A stretch of 64,000 nucleotides of DNA from Eledone cirrhosa (taxonomy: Eukaryota): the NCBI GenBank assembly GCA_964016885.1, contig OZ024744.1, positions 38,006,001-38,070,000 of the forward strand. The letters are read 5' to 3'. The translations under genes and the position numbers were made by a program. Positions 12,474-28,390 of this stretch are shown here, piece by piece. The notes beneath the pieces were generated by a model that made no database searches, was not told the DNA's origin, and saw only the letters and a list, made by a program, of their open reading frames with translations. How positions within the stretch are numbered: position 1 is the stretch's first letter; every line of letters starts with the position of its first letter.

Positions 12474-14135
12474 TATAATTAATTAAGAAATTTAGTTAAT
12501 ATATGAAACCTGACGATAAATCATTAGATTCCTTCACCTCTTTCTTTTTAAACTTTCTTCCTCAATATAAACAAGGATATAATAAACTACTCTAAAATGT
12601 ATATGCTCCCATTGTATTAAATAAAATTTACGTAAGATAAATTTCTATACTAAATATAAGGGCATCCGTAGAATCACTGGGTCTTCTAAATCTTTTAAAT
12701 TATTTTTGTTTTTTTATTTGTTTTTTACTCTGATAGCTTCTAATAACTTTCACATGTCTACCCTTGCAATATCTTGTTTGAGATATAGGTAGGATAGATT
12801 TCTATAATAAATATATAAAACATATTATTTTAACTTGAGATACTCTATAGTGTGTTAAAGATATTTAATGCTTTGATATTTCTGTATTAATATATTTATA
12901 TTTGATTATCTCTATACAAAGGCCATTTGTGTGTATTAACATGCATATAAAAGGTTTATAGAGTTTATTTATGTTCGTATATATGTCTGTATATATGCAT
13001 AACGATGCTGGAAAACTCACGCAGATATTTATTTATACATATGTGTGTGTATGTATGGTTGTGTGTGTATATGTCGATGTATGTTGCAGATATGCATAAT
13101 CTTAAATACATGAACGGTAATCATATATATGAGGACATGAATATTAATTGTATTTTTATGTATATATACTGTGAAATTTTTATAACACAAGAAATGTATA
13201 GAAGTGATCAAGTGAAATCATGTGTATGTCTATATTATTGACTGGAATAGACATAATTTTCTCTTTTTTCAGAACGTACATATGCGTGTATATATATATA
13301 TACATATGTGTATCCGTATTTTTATAAATAGGGTATCTTTGAAGGTTTTAACTCAGATTTTGGTACCTCAAGGTTTTAAACTAAACATATGGTCATTATT
13401 GAACAATGTTATTTTCTCATATTATATATCTATGTCTCATTCATGAATATTGATATTTACATTTTTATTATTCATTTCATATGAATTGTTAATTCAACTT
13501 AATATGACATGACGTAAAGTTGTCACTATGTCCTCCTCTCTCTATATAGTACTTCCTCTCTCTTGAGTTTCTCTATCTGTATGATGAATTATTATCTCTC
13601 TGTTGCTTTCTTTTGTCTTTCTTATTTCTTTCTTTTTTTCTTTCTTTTTCATTTCCTCCTATCTATTTATATATATATATATATATATCTTTTCTGCATA
13701 CATTCCTTTTCTCTCTCTCCTTTTTCTCTCTCCTTCTCGCTCTCTGTTTTTTTCTTTCTCTCCGTCTTTTTTCTAACTGTGCTTAACACTATAACTAATA
13801 AAATAATTATAAACATCTCACTATCCAGACAGCTTCCAAAAATAATGGTCGCATCTAATAGGGTACGTCAAAATTATTTATAAAACTGTTTATATATTGC
13901 ATTTTGTCTGATGAAGGCATAGCATATTTTAATTTGGTATCCCTTAAATATGTATAATGAAATAAATATGGTTTTATAAATATAGTTTCCATTTATTTAA
14001 TATCGTATATCTACTCCAAAAACTTGTCGAGTGCTTTATATCAGTTATAAAATATTTACTTGTTGTATCCCAACAATTTTAAATAGAACTTTTGCATATA
14101 TATATATATATATATATATATAGTATATATATATA

Positions 14136-14213
<78 letters not shown>

Positions 14214-14234
14214 GTATAAATGTATATATATATG

Positions 14235-14265
<31 letters not shown>

Positions 14266-14299
14266 GTATATGTATATCTATCTATATATATATATATAT

Positions 14300-14420
<121 letters not shown>

Positions 14421-14596
14421 GTATATATATATATAAATATAAATTTAGCGAGAATCGGATTTCGGCGGGTAGAAAAGGCGAAACGAAAGGTAAAAATCAG
14501 AAATAATGCTGGCAAGCACTCCATAGTTAAAAAACCAGAGCTAAACAATATGTTAAAACGCCATACAAAACTGAAAAAGTGGCCAAAAAAGCATCA

Positions 14597-14647
<51 letters not shown>

Positions 14648-14948
14648 ACCACGAGCTCGCCAGTCACGTAAGTCTGATATTTGATTTCGGATTCAAAGAA
14701 ACACTTTAAACGTATAATCGTTTGGTTTGTCCAGGTGTATTTTCTCAACCTGATTAGTTCTATCGTTACTTTGGTATAGTATTGTGTGTTAGATTTTACC
14801 TACCACAATGTTCGATTTGTCAAGCTATTTAAACGTATGTTATTACTCAAAGCACCTACCTTATCGAGTGCTTTGCTAACTCATCATTTAATATAAGTAG
14901 GCCGAATTTGCTTGCAAACAGTCAGAGATTCGATTTTACTAAATTTCC

Positions 14949-15032
<84 letters not shown>

Positions 15033-15437
15033 GGAATGAAAGAACGAGGAAGAGAAATAGATAACGATAATAGATAGATGTGAGTGGGTTTTTATAGATA
15101 GTGTTGGCGTCTGTGAGTGTTTATTTGCACCTAAGTTGTCTCTCCGTCTGTCCGTCTGTCCACCTGTCTGTCTGTCTATCTGCATGTTTATCTGTTTGTC
15201 TGTTTGTCTCTGTATTTCTGTGTGTGATTATCTTCTTTCTATATCTTGTTTATACGTATTCCTTATCTATTTGACAATCTATGATTTATAACTGATGTGA
15301 ACAGTAAATATTTTGCAGACATGATCAGTATAGATGTATCAATTTAGTCTCTGTTAATCACATTATTTACTGAGGCGACGATATTTATTGGTGGTATGTG
15401 TCATCTTCCAAGTTCAAATCCTCCTCCCCCTCCTCCT

Positions 15438-15715
15438 CCTTCTTCTTCTTCTTCTTCTTCTTCTTCTTCTTCTTCTTCTTCTTCTTCTTCTTCTTCTTCT
15501 TCTTCTTCTTCTTCTTCTTCTTCTTCTTCTTCTTCTTTCTTCTTCTTCTTCTTCTTCTTCTTCTTCTTCTTCTTCTTCTTCTTCTCTTCTTCTTCTTCTT
15601 CTTCTTCTTCTTCTTCTTCTTCTTCTTCTTCTTCTTCTTCTTCTTCTTCTTCTTCTTCTTCTTCTTCTTCTTCTTCTTCTTCTTCTTCTTCTTCTTCTTC
15701 TTCTTCTTCTTCTTC
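15438..15715 (+). repeat. (CTT)n microsatellite
   Basis: Pure triplet tract; source of the poly-K/E/S/F ORFs. Confidence 0.97.
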
Positions 15716-15814
15716 AATATACAATGCTTCTGAATGGAGAAGTACAAACTCCAGTAATTTACAATTGTGTGCATTTGTGTCAATGTACAAATTAAGTGCA
15801 GGAAAATTGGGTTT

Positions 15815-16215
15815 TAATTGTTTCTACTTTAGGCACAAGGCCAGTAATTTGGATGGAAGGGGAAAGTCGATTAAATCGACTCCAGTGTGTTACTGGTACT
15901 TTATTTTATAGACCCCCGAATGGTTGAAAGGCAAAGGTAACCTTGGCAGGATTTGAACTCAGAACGTAAAGGGCCGTTACTCTACGTTACGAAGCATCTT
16001 GTCCGGTGCTTTGCTGATACTGCCAACCCACCGCCTTATAAGGTAATAATTGTTTCTACTTTTGGCACAAGGGCAGCAATTATCCCAGTACATTACTGGT
16101 ACTATATTTTATCGACCCCGTAAGGATGAAAGGCAAAGTTAACCTCGGTGGGATTTGAACTAATACCGTAAAGGGCCATAACTCTATGTTGCAAAGCATG
16201 TCATCTGATGGTCTA
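15815..16215 (-). mobile_element. Two adjacent tRNA-derived SINEs
   Basis: Reverse strand has a B-box GTTCAAATCC, the core ctttgcctttcatccttacggggtcgataaaat and the tail ccttgtgcc..agtagaaacaatta. Confidence 0.85.
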
Positions 16216-18735
16216 TTTTCTTCAAAGAGCTTCATTTATTCACTTGCTACTCATTTCATCGTTGACAATAACCAAACATGAAGGACTCTGCTTTAAACTG
16301 AAGTGTATGTGAATTAACAATGTGGTGTGGTAAATATATATATATATATATACACACCAGTCCGAAAACAATGGAACCAAACTCCCTTTGTCACTTCCTC
16401 TGTCTTTCTCGCTCTCTCCATCTCTCAATATTATGAGCCAAATATTTTTTAACTTCATAGCGAATTCTGCCGGGGGAGGGTGGGGTTATGGCTTATTCAA
16501 AAGAAGAAATGTGAATTTTATGGCTTATTTTTCTGGTTATCCGAGGAAGCAAGGAAGTTATCATCAGACCTGGCTCAAATACTTACAATAGAGTAGACTC
16601 CACTAAAGACACCCATGAGGTGGATAGTCGCATTAAAATTCTTGACAAATTAAGCCTAACAGGTTATGAAAGGTTATCCTGCAGCGAGATTGAAACCAAA
16701 CCACATAGTAGTGAACCGAACTCATGCTATCTTGGCATCAGATTCTACACTCGTTTAGTTTGGCTCCGCCATTATTTATCATTCAACATACAGAAAGTAT
16801 CGGCCAACTTCTCAAAACAAAACAGAATGGATAGGGGTTGGTGTAACTTGAAAAGAATTAGTGATTGATGTTAAAGATTGGATGTATAAGAAATATCCGG
16901 TGGTTGTAAAATCATAACTTTCACTAAAATTCAAGTCAGGTCATCACAAGTCTTAAGTTATATCACTTTACGATAAGAGTTCAAATCTTGCCAAGATCGA
17001 TTATGCCTTTTATCTGTTTAATGTCGATTCAATCGACTATATTCGTCCGCTCGCGATCTCTGTCCTCGTAGAAAGAAATAAAATCGATTATAGTGTGACC
17101 TTTCCTATAATCAAGTAATGTGTGTACTACACAGTATAGCTGATGAATGATTTAGTTAGTTTGAAGTATTCATCTTCAATAGTTCTATTCGTTATTGGAC
17201 AATGAAACAGGAAGCCTGTTAGATCCTCCTGCTTTGAATCGCTACACGGATGTGAATTTGTGAGTGTTGTTCTAAGGATCTAAGGAATTACAGGACGTTA
17301 CTGTGGCAGCTTTTCTACGTAAAAGCTTGAATCACGGCAAAACTAATACACATTAACTAGTATCGTTAGAATTCTGATCACGCTTGTTGCCGTGTTTTAG
17401 CTTATACTTCTAAATTTGAAGAAATATTATCCCCACTCAAAATATATGTATGATTATTTTCAAATGTTTCTAATGTCTCTACAATACAGTGTATTCCCGG
17501 CATTTGCGGTCCCGGTTATTCGCGGAATTTTCCTAACTAATAATTTTTCGTTGAAACCACCGCATATTCGCGGAATCGTAAATATCTTCCGCGTTTTTCT
17601 TTTGGCTTTTTTCATGGCAATATATATATTTTTTAAAGCTAAATTATTAATAACAATATACCGTATTTGCCGCTCTATTGGACGTCCCTTCGCATAAGAT
17701 GCTCCTCTTTTTATATTGTATTTTACGTTATATTTCGACGTTTATAGGCATTTTTGGGACCACGTCCAATATTCGCGGTTTTTCACTCTTCGCGAGTACT
17801 GTAGGAACATAAACCGCGCAAATACTTCTGGTTTCTCTACACTAGAAGTTCTGGTTTCTCTATACCAGAAGTTCTCAAAGTAAGCGCTACCACCCTAAGG
17901 GAACAGTTGCGGTCGGTGTGGTAGAGATGATATAATAGTATATTAAATATCAAATAATATATATATACAAATATAGTAAAATAAAAAAAATATAATACTT
18001 TTTTATACATAGTATCGGCCAGCATGGTATAGCAACCCACATCGGACCCTGGAATAGTTGCTTTATTTTCCTCGGAAGAAGATATATTAATCTCGAAATA
18101 TCAGGTCATATGTATAAATTAAGGTATAAAAACAATCCCTGTTTCTTAGGGCTTGATTATTTTCCGTCCAAACCGCATTGTCGTGGCTTTAAAATTTAAA
18201 ATTCTTTATTTATTATATATAGACTAACGATTTTATTTATTATATATAGACTAACGATTTTATTTATCATATAATATTTACAATTTGCGTGTAGAGAGTT
18301 CTCTCTGGAAATAGGGGTGGGGGAGCGCTGAGGATATTAAAGGGCGTTGACGGAGGAAGGGGGCCCAAAATGTTTGAGAAATTCTGCTCTATACTATATA
18401 TACTTCTAATTCAATCTATTGAAATACAAGTACTAATTGCTATTTGCTTCCGTTAAATACGATGTCAAGGTGAGAAATATGTAGGCTCCATCACACTAAT
18501 TCAAAAGACTTGAACACTAACGATAAATCTTTCAATACTCACTACAGTTTCTATTTCTTGTTGAATGGATATAATGATAGATATTTAACAAACAACACCA
18601 TGTATAGATACGAACACAAACAGTCTCATAAGCAGATCATTATATCAACGAGGCTTGTACAAACACTCACACTCACTCATATACGCACACACACACACAC
18701 ACACACACACACGCGCGCACGCACACACACACACA

Positions 18736-18782
<47 letters not shown>

Positions 18783-18911
18783 GCACGCACGCACACGCAG
18801 ACACATGCACACAGAAACACATTCAAGCACTCATGCATGTGTGCTTGAGTGTGTATGTATAATTTAATATAGGTAAAAATTAAAGATCATAACTCAAATC
18901 CTTATATATAT

Positions 18912-18995
<84 letters not shown>

Positions 18996-19014
18996 TATAT
19001 GTATATATATATAT

Positions 19015-19622
19015 GGTGGCTGCCAACTCGTTTTCGAGTACGGCCACTACTTTATATCCATGTAGGAGAACCCCTACCGATGCGCTGAACGAGTGTGACT
19101 TTTTAGTCCAGCCAGCGACTTGAAAACTCTGGTACAAACACTACACTTGTGACAATTACTGACACATAGTGCTGGGCCCATGGTACCATGTGACGACAAG
19201 TGCAGAGAGATCTCCAGATATAAAGCAATGCCTGTGCCGTGAAGCTTTTATAGTGAGCAAAGGCCCTGCACAAAGCCAGTCCCACTCTCTTAACCAAGAT
19301 GATATTTACCAAAAAGAAGAACAAGTCAACATCATTGGATACCATCAGGGTTGCAGGTGTTATATCAGAGTTTTCCTTCTCCTAGAATTCTGCCTTGACA
19401 AAGGCTAAGGGGTCATCTCTCCCGGTGATTTTGGATGGCCATTGACTCTTAAGAGCTCCTTTGCCCTTTGACAGGTTTTGTTTTTAGTCCTGCAGGATGT
19501 CCAAAGTCACCCTCCTCACCAAGAAACCTTGGTGGGGTTGCCAGTTTAGTCGCCAACGACCCGACCATGAGACAGGTTGTACTGGGATACATGTTACCAG
19601 TAGCACCAACTGGTGACCTGAC
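19015..19622. mobile_element. About 610-bp unclassified element inserted in (TA)n, copy 1
   Basis: Near-identical to 41089-41700, with the same two ends. Confidence 0.85.
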
Positions 19623-19653
<31 letters not shown>

Positions 19654-20666
19654 CGTACTTATATATATTTATATATATGTTCGTACGTACGTATGTATGT
19701 ACGCACGTATGTATGTATATATGTATGTATGTGTGTATGTATATATATATACACACATATATATATGTATGTATGTATGCATGTATGTATGTATATATGT
19801 ATATATGTCACACATATCATCAACATCATAATCAACATCACCATCATAATTATCATCATCTTGATTTTAAATCCATTTGCAGAGAAATTGATTTACTTTT
19901 GCTTTTGCGCAGAAGAATCATCATTTAAAAGTCGCCGTATTTTAAAGACAAAACGATAACAAGCTCTGTAATTAATGCCGTACGTTGATGCTGGCCTTTG
20001 TTTTCTTTTAGTTTGTTAAGTCTGTTTCTTTTTTGTCTTTTTGTTTTTTGTTTTATTTTTGTTTCCTTTTTGTTTGTTTTTTTTCTGTTATTGTTTACAC
20101 TAAACAAAAAAAAAGAAAAAAAAAGAAAAGAAAACCAAAGCGAAACGATAGAAATGAAAAAAAAAATGTTTTATTAATTCTAAAGGCTTGCTTTCATCAA
20201 TAAAATTGTCATTTCTTTTAACATTGTATTTCGATTCAATTTTCAAATTTGAGATTATTTGTTGAGTTGAACGAAAATTAATTAATTTTAGATTAAAACA
20301 TTCAGTCATTTGCGATGTTTATAGTTTCTATTATTTTTTTTTGTTACTTTCTTTATTTTTTCAAATTCATTTAATGTCTTGTTCCTAGTTTTGTATTGTG
20401 TATATATGCGCGCGCTTGTGCTGTGCATTGTGTGTGTGTTGTGTGAGTGCTATGTGTGTCAGTGTGCTGTGTTGTGTTATATATGTGTGTGTTGTGTGAG
20501 TGTTATGTCTGTCAGTATGGTGTGTGTTATGTGTGTTTGTGTTAGTCTGTGTGTTAGTGTATGTGTGTTGTGATGTGTGTGTTGAGTTGAGTGTGTGTGT
20601 GTACGTGTGTGTTTGTGTTTGTGTATGTGTGTTGCGTTGTGTGAGAATGTGTGTTTGTATGGGTGT

Positions 20667-20718
<52 letters not shown>

Positions 20719-21766
20719 TGTGTGTGTGTGGGTGTGTGTGCCTGAATGTGTATATCAGCATGAAGTAGTGTAGACAATAGAGAGGCAAAGTAGAATCATT
20801 GTAAAATCAACGAAAGAAAAAAGAAGCCAAAAAATTCGATCTTTCCAATGCCGAATTCAAACCACGTGACAAGCGTCTCGTTTGTGACACGTTTCTCCGT
20901 TAATAGCTAAGACGAGATATTTAGGAGCGGTCATATTTAAACTGCCACCAAAGTAACTTTGATCCCATTGTATGGGTGCGAGAGTTGGACTCTCACAGCT
21001 CTACATGGAACGAAGAATTTCAGAAGTGTTTTAGAAGGTTGCTAAACAAATAACTTTGTCAGGTAGCAAATTAACAAATATGTTGGCAGACAGGAACCTC
21101 TCATTGCGATAGCGATAAGAAGGAGGCTTGCTTGTATGGCCATATATCTTGCTACAACTCCTTGTCCAAAACCATCCTTCAGGACACACCTTAGGGAGCG
21201 CGAAGAAGAGGCACACAAAGAAAATCATGTTATGACATTAAAGTTTGGACTAGTCACAACAACAACGAGACCGTTCTACGCATGTCGGCGAATAGAGACC
21301 AATGGCGACGACTGACTGCAAAAGCCTCTAGAGTGGCACCCCAACGATTAGCTGCACCAGTTATAGGAATATGGTGATGAATATTTAAAGAGTACAATAT
21401 AAATGGCAACAAGGACACGAAAAAGATGGCGAAGAATAAAAAAAAAGGAAAGATAGTGAAAAAATAAATTGAACACCGAAAGAAAGCGAAAGTTGGGACA
21501 AAGTGACAGAGTGTCCATCCCAGGCTGAGGAATACCTTCGAGCTCTATCCCGCGGACTAGAATGGCAAAGGCATTGTCACAGAGAAAGGTCCGCAATACT
21601 CGCTGCAACAGTCAGCCTACATCACGATTCTCTTTCTTCAGACGGCCAGCAGTTGTCCCGATTTTGTTAAAGGCGCTGAATTGGAAATATCGACTGAGCT
21701 CCACTTTCACATTATTCATTTCAAGGTTGATAAATAAAGAACCAGTCAAATACTGGGTCGATGCGC

Positions 21767-21803
<37 letters not shown>

Positions 21804-21936
21804 GCTGTTCTGGCTCTCACTGCTTCTTTTTCTGGAAGAAATCACCTGTTTTTCAGACACGCCGCACACACACATAAGTATATATATATGATTATGTATA
21901 TATCTGTGTACATATGTGTACATATATACATATACG

Positions 21937-22049
<113 letters not shown>

Positions 22050-22082
22050 TTATTTATATCGAGTTAGTATATATATATATAC

Positions 22083-22297
22083 AATATATTAATAAATGGA
22101 AACTATATTTATAAAACCATATTTATTTTATTATACATATTTCAAGGGCAACCAAGGCATATTATGGTGCGCTTTTATCAGATAAAATGCAGATTTGTTT
22201 TATAAATAAATATTGACATACCAGGAAAGTTGAGTGCTTTATATCAGTTATAAAAAAATTTAAGCTTGTTGAATCCCAACAAATTAAATATAACCTC
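22083..22297. mobile_element. Short head-to-head pair of PLE2-family pLTR fragments (hammerhead at 22125-22188 -, core CTGATAA)
   Basis: The left part matches 10161-10300. The right part matches 14020-14090 in + orientation. Confidence 0.7.
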
Positions 22298-22926
<629 letters not shown>

Positions 22927-23389
22927 GTGTTTCCTTTCGCCTTTTTTCTGCTATGATTTATTTATTGACATCATAATCATTTGAATTCGACCAGGAAAAG
23001 TTCTGGAAAAGTTGACGTGATATACGCCGGAACACATATATAAACACGCATGCGCAGAAACTCACACTTTTTTTGTTTTTAAATACAAAATGTGACATTT
23101 ATAAAACTAATATTTTTATTTTATTTATTTATTTATTTTACTGGTATGATTGAGGTGTTTAAAATAGATTCTTTTGTTTGATTTCCCCTCCCTCCCTCAA
23201 CATAGAAGAGATTGAAAGTAGTTTTCTTAGCTGCTGTTTCTAGAAGGTCGGTGAATTTGTAAAGTGATTTTTCTTAAAAGTTTCCGATTGTTTTTCACTT
23301 TTTGCCTCCCCCCACTCCAATTGATTTTATTAATCTTATAAGCACTCTTTTACCTATTCCGGGCAGAATGGAATTTCCAAAGTTAAACT

Positions 23390-24125
23390 CATCAACATCA
23401 TCATCGTCACCACCACCATGGCCATCATCTCCATCACCATGATCATCATCACCACCATGATCATCACCATGATCTTCACTATCATCATTACCCCCCCCCC
23501 CCTCCACCGCCACCACCATCTCACCACCACCACCACCACCACCATGATCATCATCTCCATCACCACCATCACCATCATCACCATCATCACCACCATGATC
23601 ATCATCACCGCTACCACCACCACCACCATGATCATCTCCATCACCATCATCATCATCATCACCGCTACCACCACCACCACCATGATCATCTCCATCACCA
23701 TCATCATCATCATCACCGCTACCACCACCACCATGATAATCTCCATCACCATCAACATCATCATCACCACCACCACCACCATGACCATCATCACCATCAC
23801 CATCATCACCATCATCATCATCACCACCACCACCATGAACATCATCATCATCACCATCATCATCATCACCACCACCACCATCACCATCATCTCCATCACC
23901 ATCATCATCATCACCGCTACCACCACCACCATCACCATCATCATCTTCACCGCTACCACCACCACCATGATCACCACCATCACTATCATCATCATCACCG
24001 CTACCACCACCACCATGACCACCACCACAACCATCAACATCATCATCACCACCGCTACCACCACCACCACCACCACCACCATGACCATCATCACCATAAC
24101 CATCATCTTCAACATCAGCATCACT
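23390..24125 (+). repeat. (CAT/CAC)n degenerate triplet satellite
   Basis: Low-complexity tract giving poly-I/T/M/V ORFs. Confidence 0.92.
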
Positions 24126-24685
24126 ATCTACAGTCTTATAACGTTGAAGCTGAGACTACGTAAACCAAAAGGTATGATATGGTATGGTCCCGTAACTTCC
24201 GAGAGAGTCGTAGCACAGCCTTATTGGCATACGGCGTTTCTAGGGCATTTTAAGTATGATGGTACATCAGCTTTCTTCCAGAGAAGGATAGAAATTGAGA
24301 GAGAGATAGGAAGTGGGAAATGAAATTAGAGGAAGAATCGACCCTTGTTCTTGGAATCTAGACTGTTACTTGTTTTATTCACATCAAATGGATGAAAGAT
24401 AAAAATGACGTCGGTGAGATTTGAACTCAGAGAACAGAGAGTCGAAACGAGTACTGCAAAGCATTCTATCAGACGTGCTAACGACTCTGCTAATCCACCG
24501 CCTACATAACATAATAGAAAAAAAAAACGGTACAAATATTACATGCTCTAACCATTCTGATGATTTCTAAACATTGGTACAAATGAGATAATATATGAGA
24601 GCAAGATAGAATTGATTAAATACGTCGATTCCAATTATTTGCAGATACAAATTTTATCGACCACAAAGAATAAAAGACAAAATTT

Positions 24686-24880
24686 CAGACCTGCAAACCT
24701 CTAAAAACCCAAATGTGGAGTGCCATGAATAAAAGTGCTCCAAAACGGTGAGAAATGAGGGGAAAGGGGGAGATTTTGCATAATGAAAGCTATACCCATT
24801 TTCACAAGAGAAGAAATCTCTCACTCACCCGAAAGTGGGTGGGAGATTTCCCCGTCGGACGAGGAAAGTTGACAGGTTTG
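24686..24880 (+). mobile_element. MITE-like element inserted in a SINE relic; related copy at ~26161-26327 (-)
   Basis: Terminal inverted repeats cagacctgcaaac / gttgacaggtttg, and a second copy in the window. Confidence 0.6.
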
Positions 24881-25344
24881 AAATTAGCATTGAAGGGATT
24901 TGAACTCACAAGTTAAAAAGAATGTGGTTAAATACTACAAACATAGCATTTTGTCCATAACTAGGCCATTTGCTTTCTACATTTTCTCTATGAAACATTT
25001 TTTGAGATGAAAACATATAGAAGCGAAATCTAATTTAAATTCCTTTTTTTTTTTCTTGAGTTTAAATTTCTTTGGAGATTTAATTTTTTTTTTTTCCTTT
25101 TGAAAAAAATTAATCATTATTTTCATTATTATTTTAATTTCAATTGAACTTTTTTTCTGCTTTGATCATGTGTCATCTGTAATTATCTTTATTATAATTT
25201 TCATAATTCTTTTTCTACTATTTCTCTTAAGAAGTGATCAATGGATATCTTTCATCACCTACTTAAAATAGTTATATTATCAAATCTCACATTTATTCAT
25301 GTTTTCATTCCAACTTTTATTTCTCACTCATCTGTAATTTAATA

Positions 25345-25385
<41 letters not shown>

Positions 25386-25460
25386 TTACGTTCATGCGTC
25401 TTAGTCAGTTTGTCTTATTTTTTTAAATTTTATTTTAAATACAAAATGAATAGAAATGTG

Positions 25461-25558
<98 letters not shown>

Positions 25559-26482
25559 GTGTATTAGTAGGGAGGGGCATGTATGTATTTGTTAACGTGT
25601 GCAAATAACTATGTCATCTCATTTGATAAATACAATTTTGTTAAACTCCAAATAAGGGAGACGCCCGTCGGTGTGTTTGTCGTACCTTTTAGTAATAGCA
25701 GCTATCAAAATCCCTCTGAAATCACATCATCCCGTCTCTTTTAAATAAAAGATGACGTACATCTATTGTACTTGTATGGACTCGTAACTCCCGAGGGAGT
25801 TGTAAGGACACCATATTGACATTACCGCCTTTCTAAGATATTTTTAAAACCTGGCGGAACCCATCTTCTCTCTAGAGCAGATTTCTTCCAGAGGAGAATA
25901 GAGAGTGAGAGAATGGAAGTGAGAAGGGGACATAGAAGAAGAATCGACCCCAGCACTGGTACTTTTTTTTTTATTAACCTTCAATACATGAAGGGTAAAG
26001 TTGACCTCAGCGCGATTTGAACTCAGAGAGCAGAGAGTCTAAACAAATAATGCAAAGCATTCTATCCGACGTTCTAACAACTCCACCAATTTATCGCCTA
26101 CAAGCATTGTATAATGTAGTCTAAATACAATCAGGCTATATATCGTTAGTGATGTGAGAAATGCAAACCTCCTAACTCTCCCCGTCGGGCAGGGAGATCT
26201 CCCACCCACTTTGGGGTGGGTGAGAGATGTCGTCTCTTGTGAAAATGGGTATAGCTTTCATTATGTAATATCTCCCCATTTTCCCACATTTCTCCCCGTT
26301 TTGGGTTTTTAGAGTTTGGCAAGTTTGCGATAAGTAAAAGATAAGTACTGGCGTCGAAATGATGGACCAAATCCATTCAAAACTTTACCTCAACATTGCC
26401 GCAGTCTAATGACTGAAACCTGTAGAAGATTTTAAATAAATTATAAAAGAATTTTTTTTAAAGTAACAGATTTTTACACTAT

Positions 26483-26545
<63 letters not shown>

Positions 26546-27184
26546 TCTCTCTCTGTTTCATTAACTCAAGATTTCTGATCCTATTTCATTTTACTATTAC
26601 GATTCCATTATCTACTGATGGTTTTATTTTTAACGTATTTACTTTATATTGTTTTCATATTTAATATTGTATTATATTTAATATCATTAAATACATCTAA
26701 ATTACATGAACACTTTTTGGAATCAACACAATTCTCATTATTATGTTATAATTAATAATGTTATAAAGTTCTTCCTTTCAAATGTTTTCTCCCCTTCTCT
26801 CGGAAATTCAATTAAGGAAAATGTTGTTGTTCAAAAGAATGAAACCATTCCTCTATCATTACTATTCCTAAGGGCAGTGTATTAGTAGTTTGTGTAGAGT
26901 CGGATTAAATGCTTTACAGTTGCGACTTTCTACGTTCTAAGTTCAAATCCTGCTGAGATCAACTTTGCCTGCTATCCCTCTGTTAAGTACTGGGGTCGAT
27001 ATAATCGACTTCCCCTTTCCTTCTAAATTACTGGCCTTGTGTCAATGTTTCGGGGAAGTATAATATAATTAATAACTTTGTAGCATTTTTCTTTTAATTT
27101 TTGTTCTTTCTTCACGGAAATTCAATTAAAGAAATCACTGTTGTTCAAAAGAATACAACCATTCCTCTATTATTACTTTCCCTT

Positions 27185-27410
27185 AGGGCGATGGATTGGC
27201 AGAATCGGTAGAGGGTAGAACAACATGCTTAGCGGCTAGAGTTACGGCTCTTTACATACTAGGTTCAAATCCCACCGAGATTAGCTTCACCTTACACCCT
27301 TACAGGGTCGATGAAATAAAGTACCAGTAACACACTAGGGTCGATTTAATCGACTTTCACTCCATCCCCTTCCAATGGTTGGCATTGTGTCTATAGTAAA
27401 AACAATCATT
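27185..27410 (+). mobile_element. tRNA-derived SINE, near full length; older copies at ~24330-24505 -, 25945-26100 -, 26870-27050 +, 31440-31590 -
   Basis: A-box-like tggcagaatcgg, B-box ggttcaaatcc, conserved core and tail. Confidence 0.85.
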
Positions 27411-28059
27411 ATTTTCCTTAAGAATCAATAACAAATATGGAATCAAAAATTCACCGAGTGTTGTTTGTTCCAAACTAAAGTCACTATCAAGACTAAGACA
27501 AATGTTATTTTGTTCTCGTAGTTGTCAGCATTCAAGACGTGACATGAACACACCGCCTTTTATTGTGACGCAACGTTTCTATAGAATTATCTGCTTTGTC
27601 CACTTCGTCCTCTTCTCTTGTTTTCTTTTTAAAGAAAATGAGGTATGAATTAAAGGGGATTTGATGGATATTTGTTTCTTGCAAGTAGAGGGGTAAATTA
27701 AAAGTCCCTACATTGTTTCTTGGTAAAGTGGGGTTTAAAGAGTTTCTAGGCTTCTATTTCTATAAGATTAAGCAGCCACATAGAAGATCAGCTTGTTGGA
27801 TGACGGATATACAACACATCCCTGTCACTATATAATTGAGCCTTTGTTCCACCATTTTGTATTTCAAAGTGCATTATTTTCTGGAGGTAAACTGCTCATT
27901 GTAATTAACGCACTCGCTTGTTCATTGTCAAGAATTATGAACCGTAGACATTTGTAACATAAAATAGATAGAATATGGATAGTTAATACACTTCTCAATG
28001 TCTCTTAAAGAAATTATAACAATAACAATAATGATAATAATGGTAAACATACACATACA

Positions 28060-28390
28060 CGTACACCAGGTCGGAACACAGAGGAGCCAAACTCCCACTG
28101 TCATCGCCTCCCCATCTCTCACTATTATGAGCAAATGGGGTCCCACTCGCTGGCCGCCCCACGGCACCGGCGGAAAGAATAGAGAAGGCGTTTCCTCGGA
28201 GGATGGTAAGGGATATGCGCTGGAAGAGCCATTCCATCTCGCGATGCTCACACCTGCGGCTGGCCAGCTCAGAACCTGGGTTTAGTCGCAGACTGCACCA
28301 GCTTGCCGCTGGAGAAAGTGTCGCTGCAAGTAGCATCCCAGACGATGAGTTTACCACCGCGGAACGGGAAGATGGCCATGCCGTCTGGCC
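28060..28390. repeat. Unclassified GC-rich interspersed repeat; related at ~16280-16440, 30268-30560 (opposite), 53290-53510 (opposite)
   Basis: Shared motifs gcgctggaagagccattcca and ccaaactcccactgtca...ctattatgagcaaatgg. Confidence 0.65.

Larger units (their letters stand above)
10158..14097 (+). mobile_element. Penelope-like element 2 (Naiad-type), slightly 5' truncated, with an inverted pLTR at its 5' end
   Basis: 10158-10379 is the reverse complement of ~13786-14007. RT/EN relic inside, (TA)n on both sides. Confidence 0.9.

Noticed and set aside
17486-17830. Possible Tc1/pogo-type MITE relics
   Set aside because: The termini are suggestive (tacagtg.., taccgtattt..) but no matching TIR pair could be confirmed.
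19015-19100. HDV-like ribozyme at the end of the 610-bp element
   Set aside because: P1- and P2-like pairings exist, but P3/L3/P1.1 spacing and sequence do not fit.
21348-21891. Protein-coding exon in ORFs 21348-21608 / 21562-21891
   Set aside because: No recognisable domain, and one ORF runs into a (CT)n tract.
27185-27280. tRNA genes
   Set aside because: The A/B-box-like heads belong to SINEs and form no complete cloverleaf.
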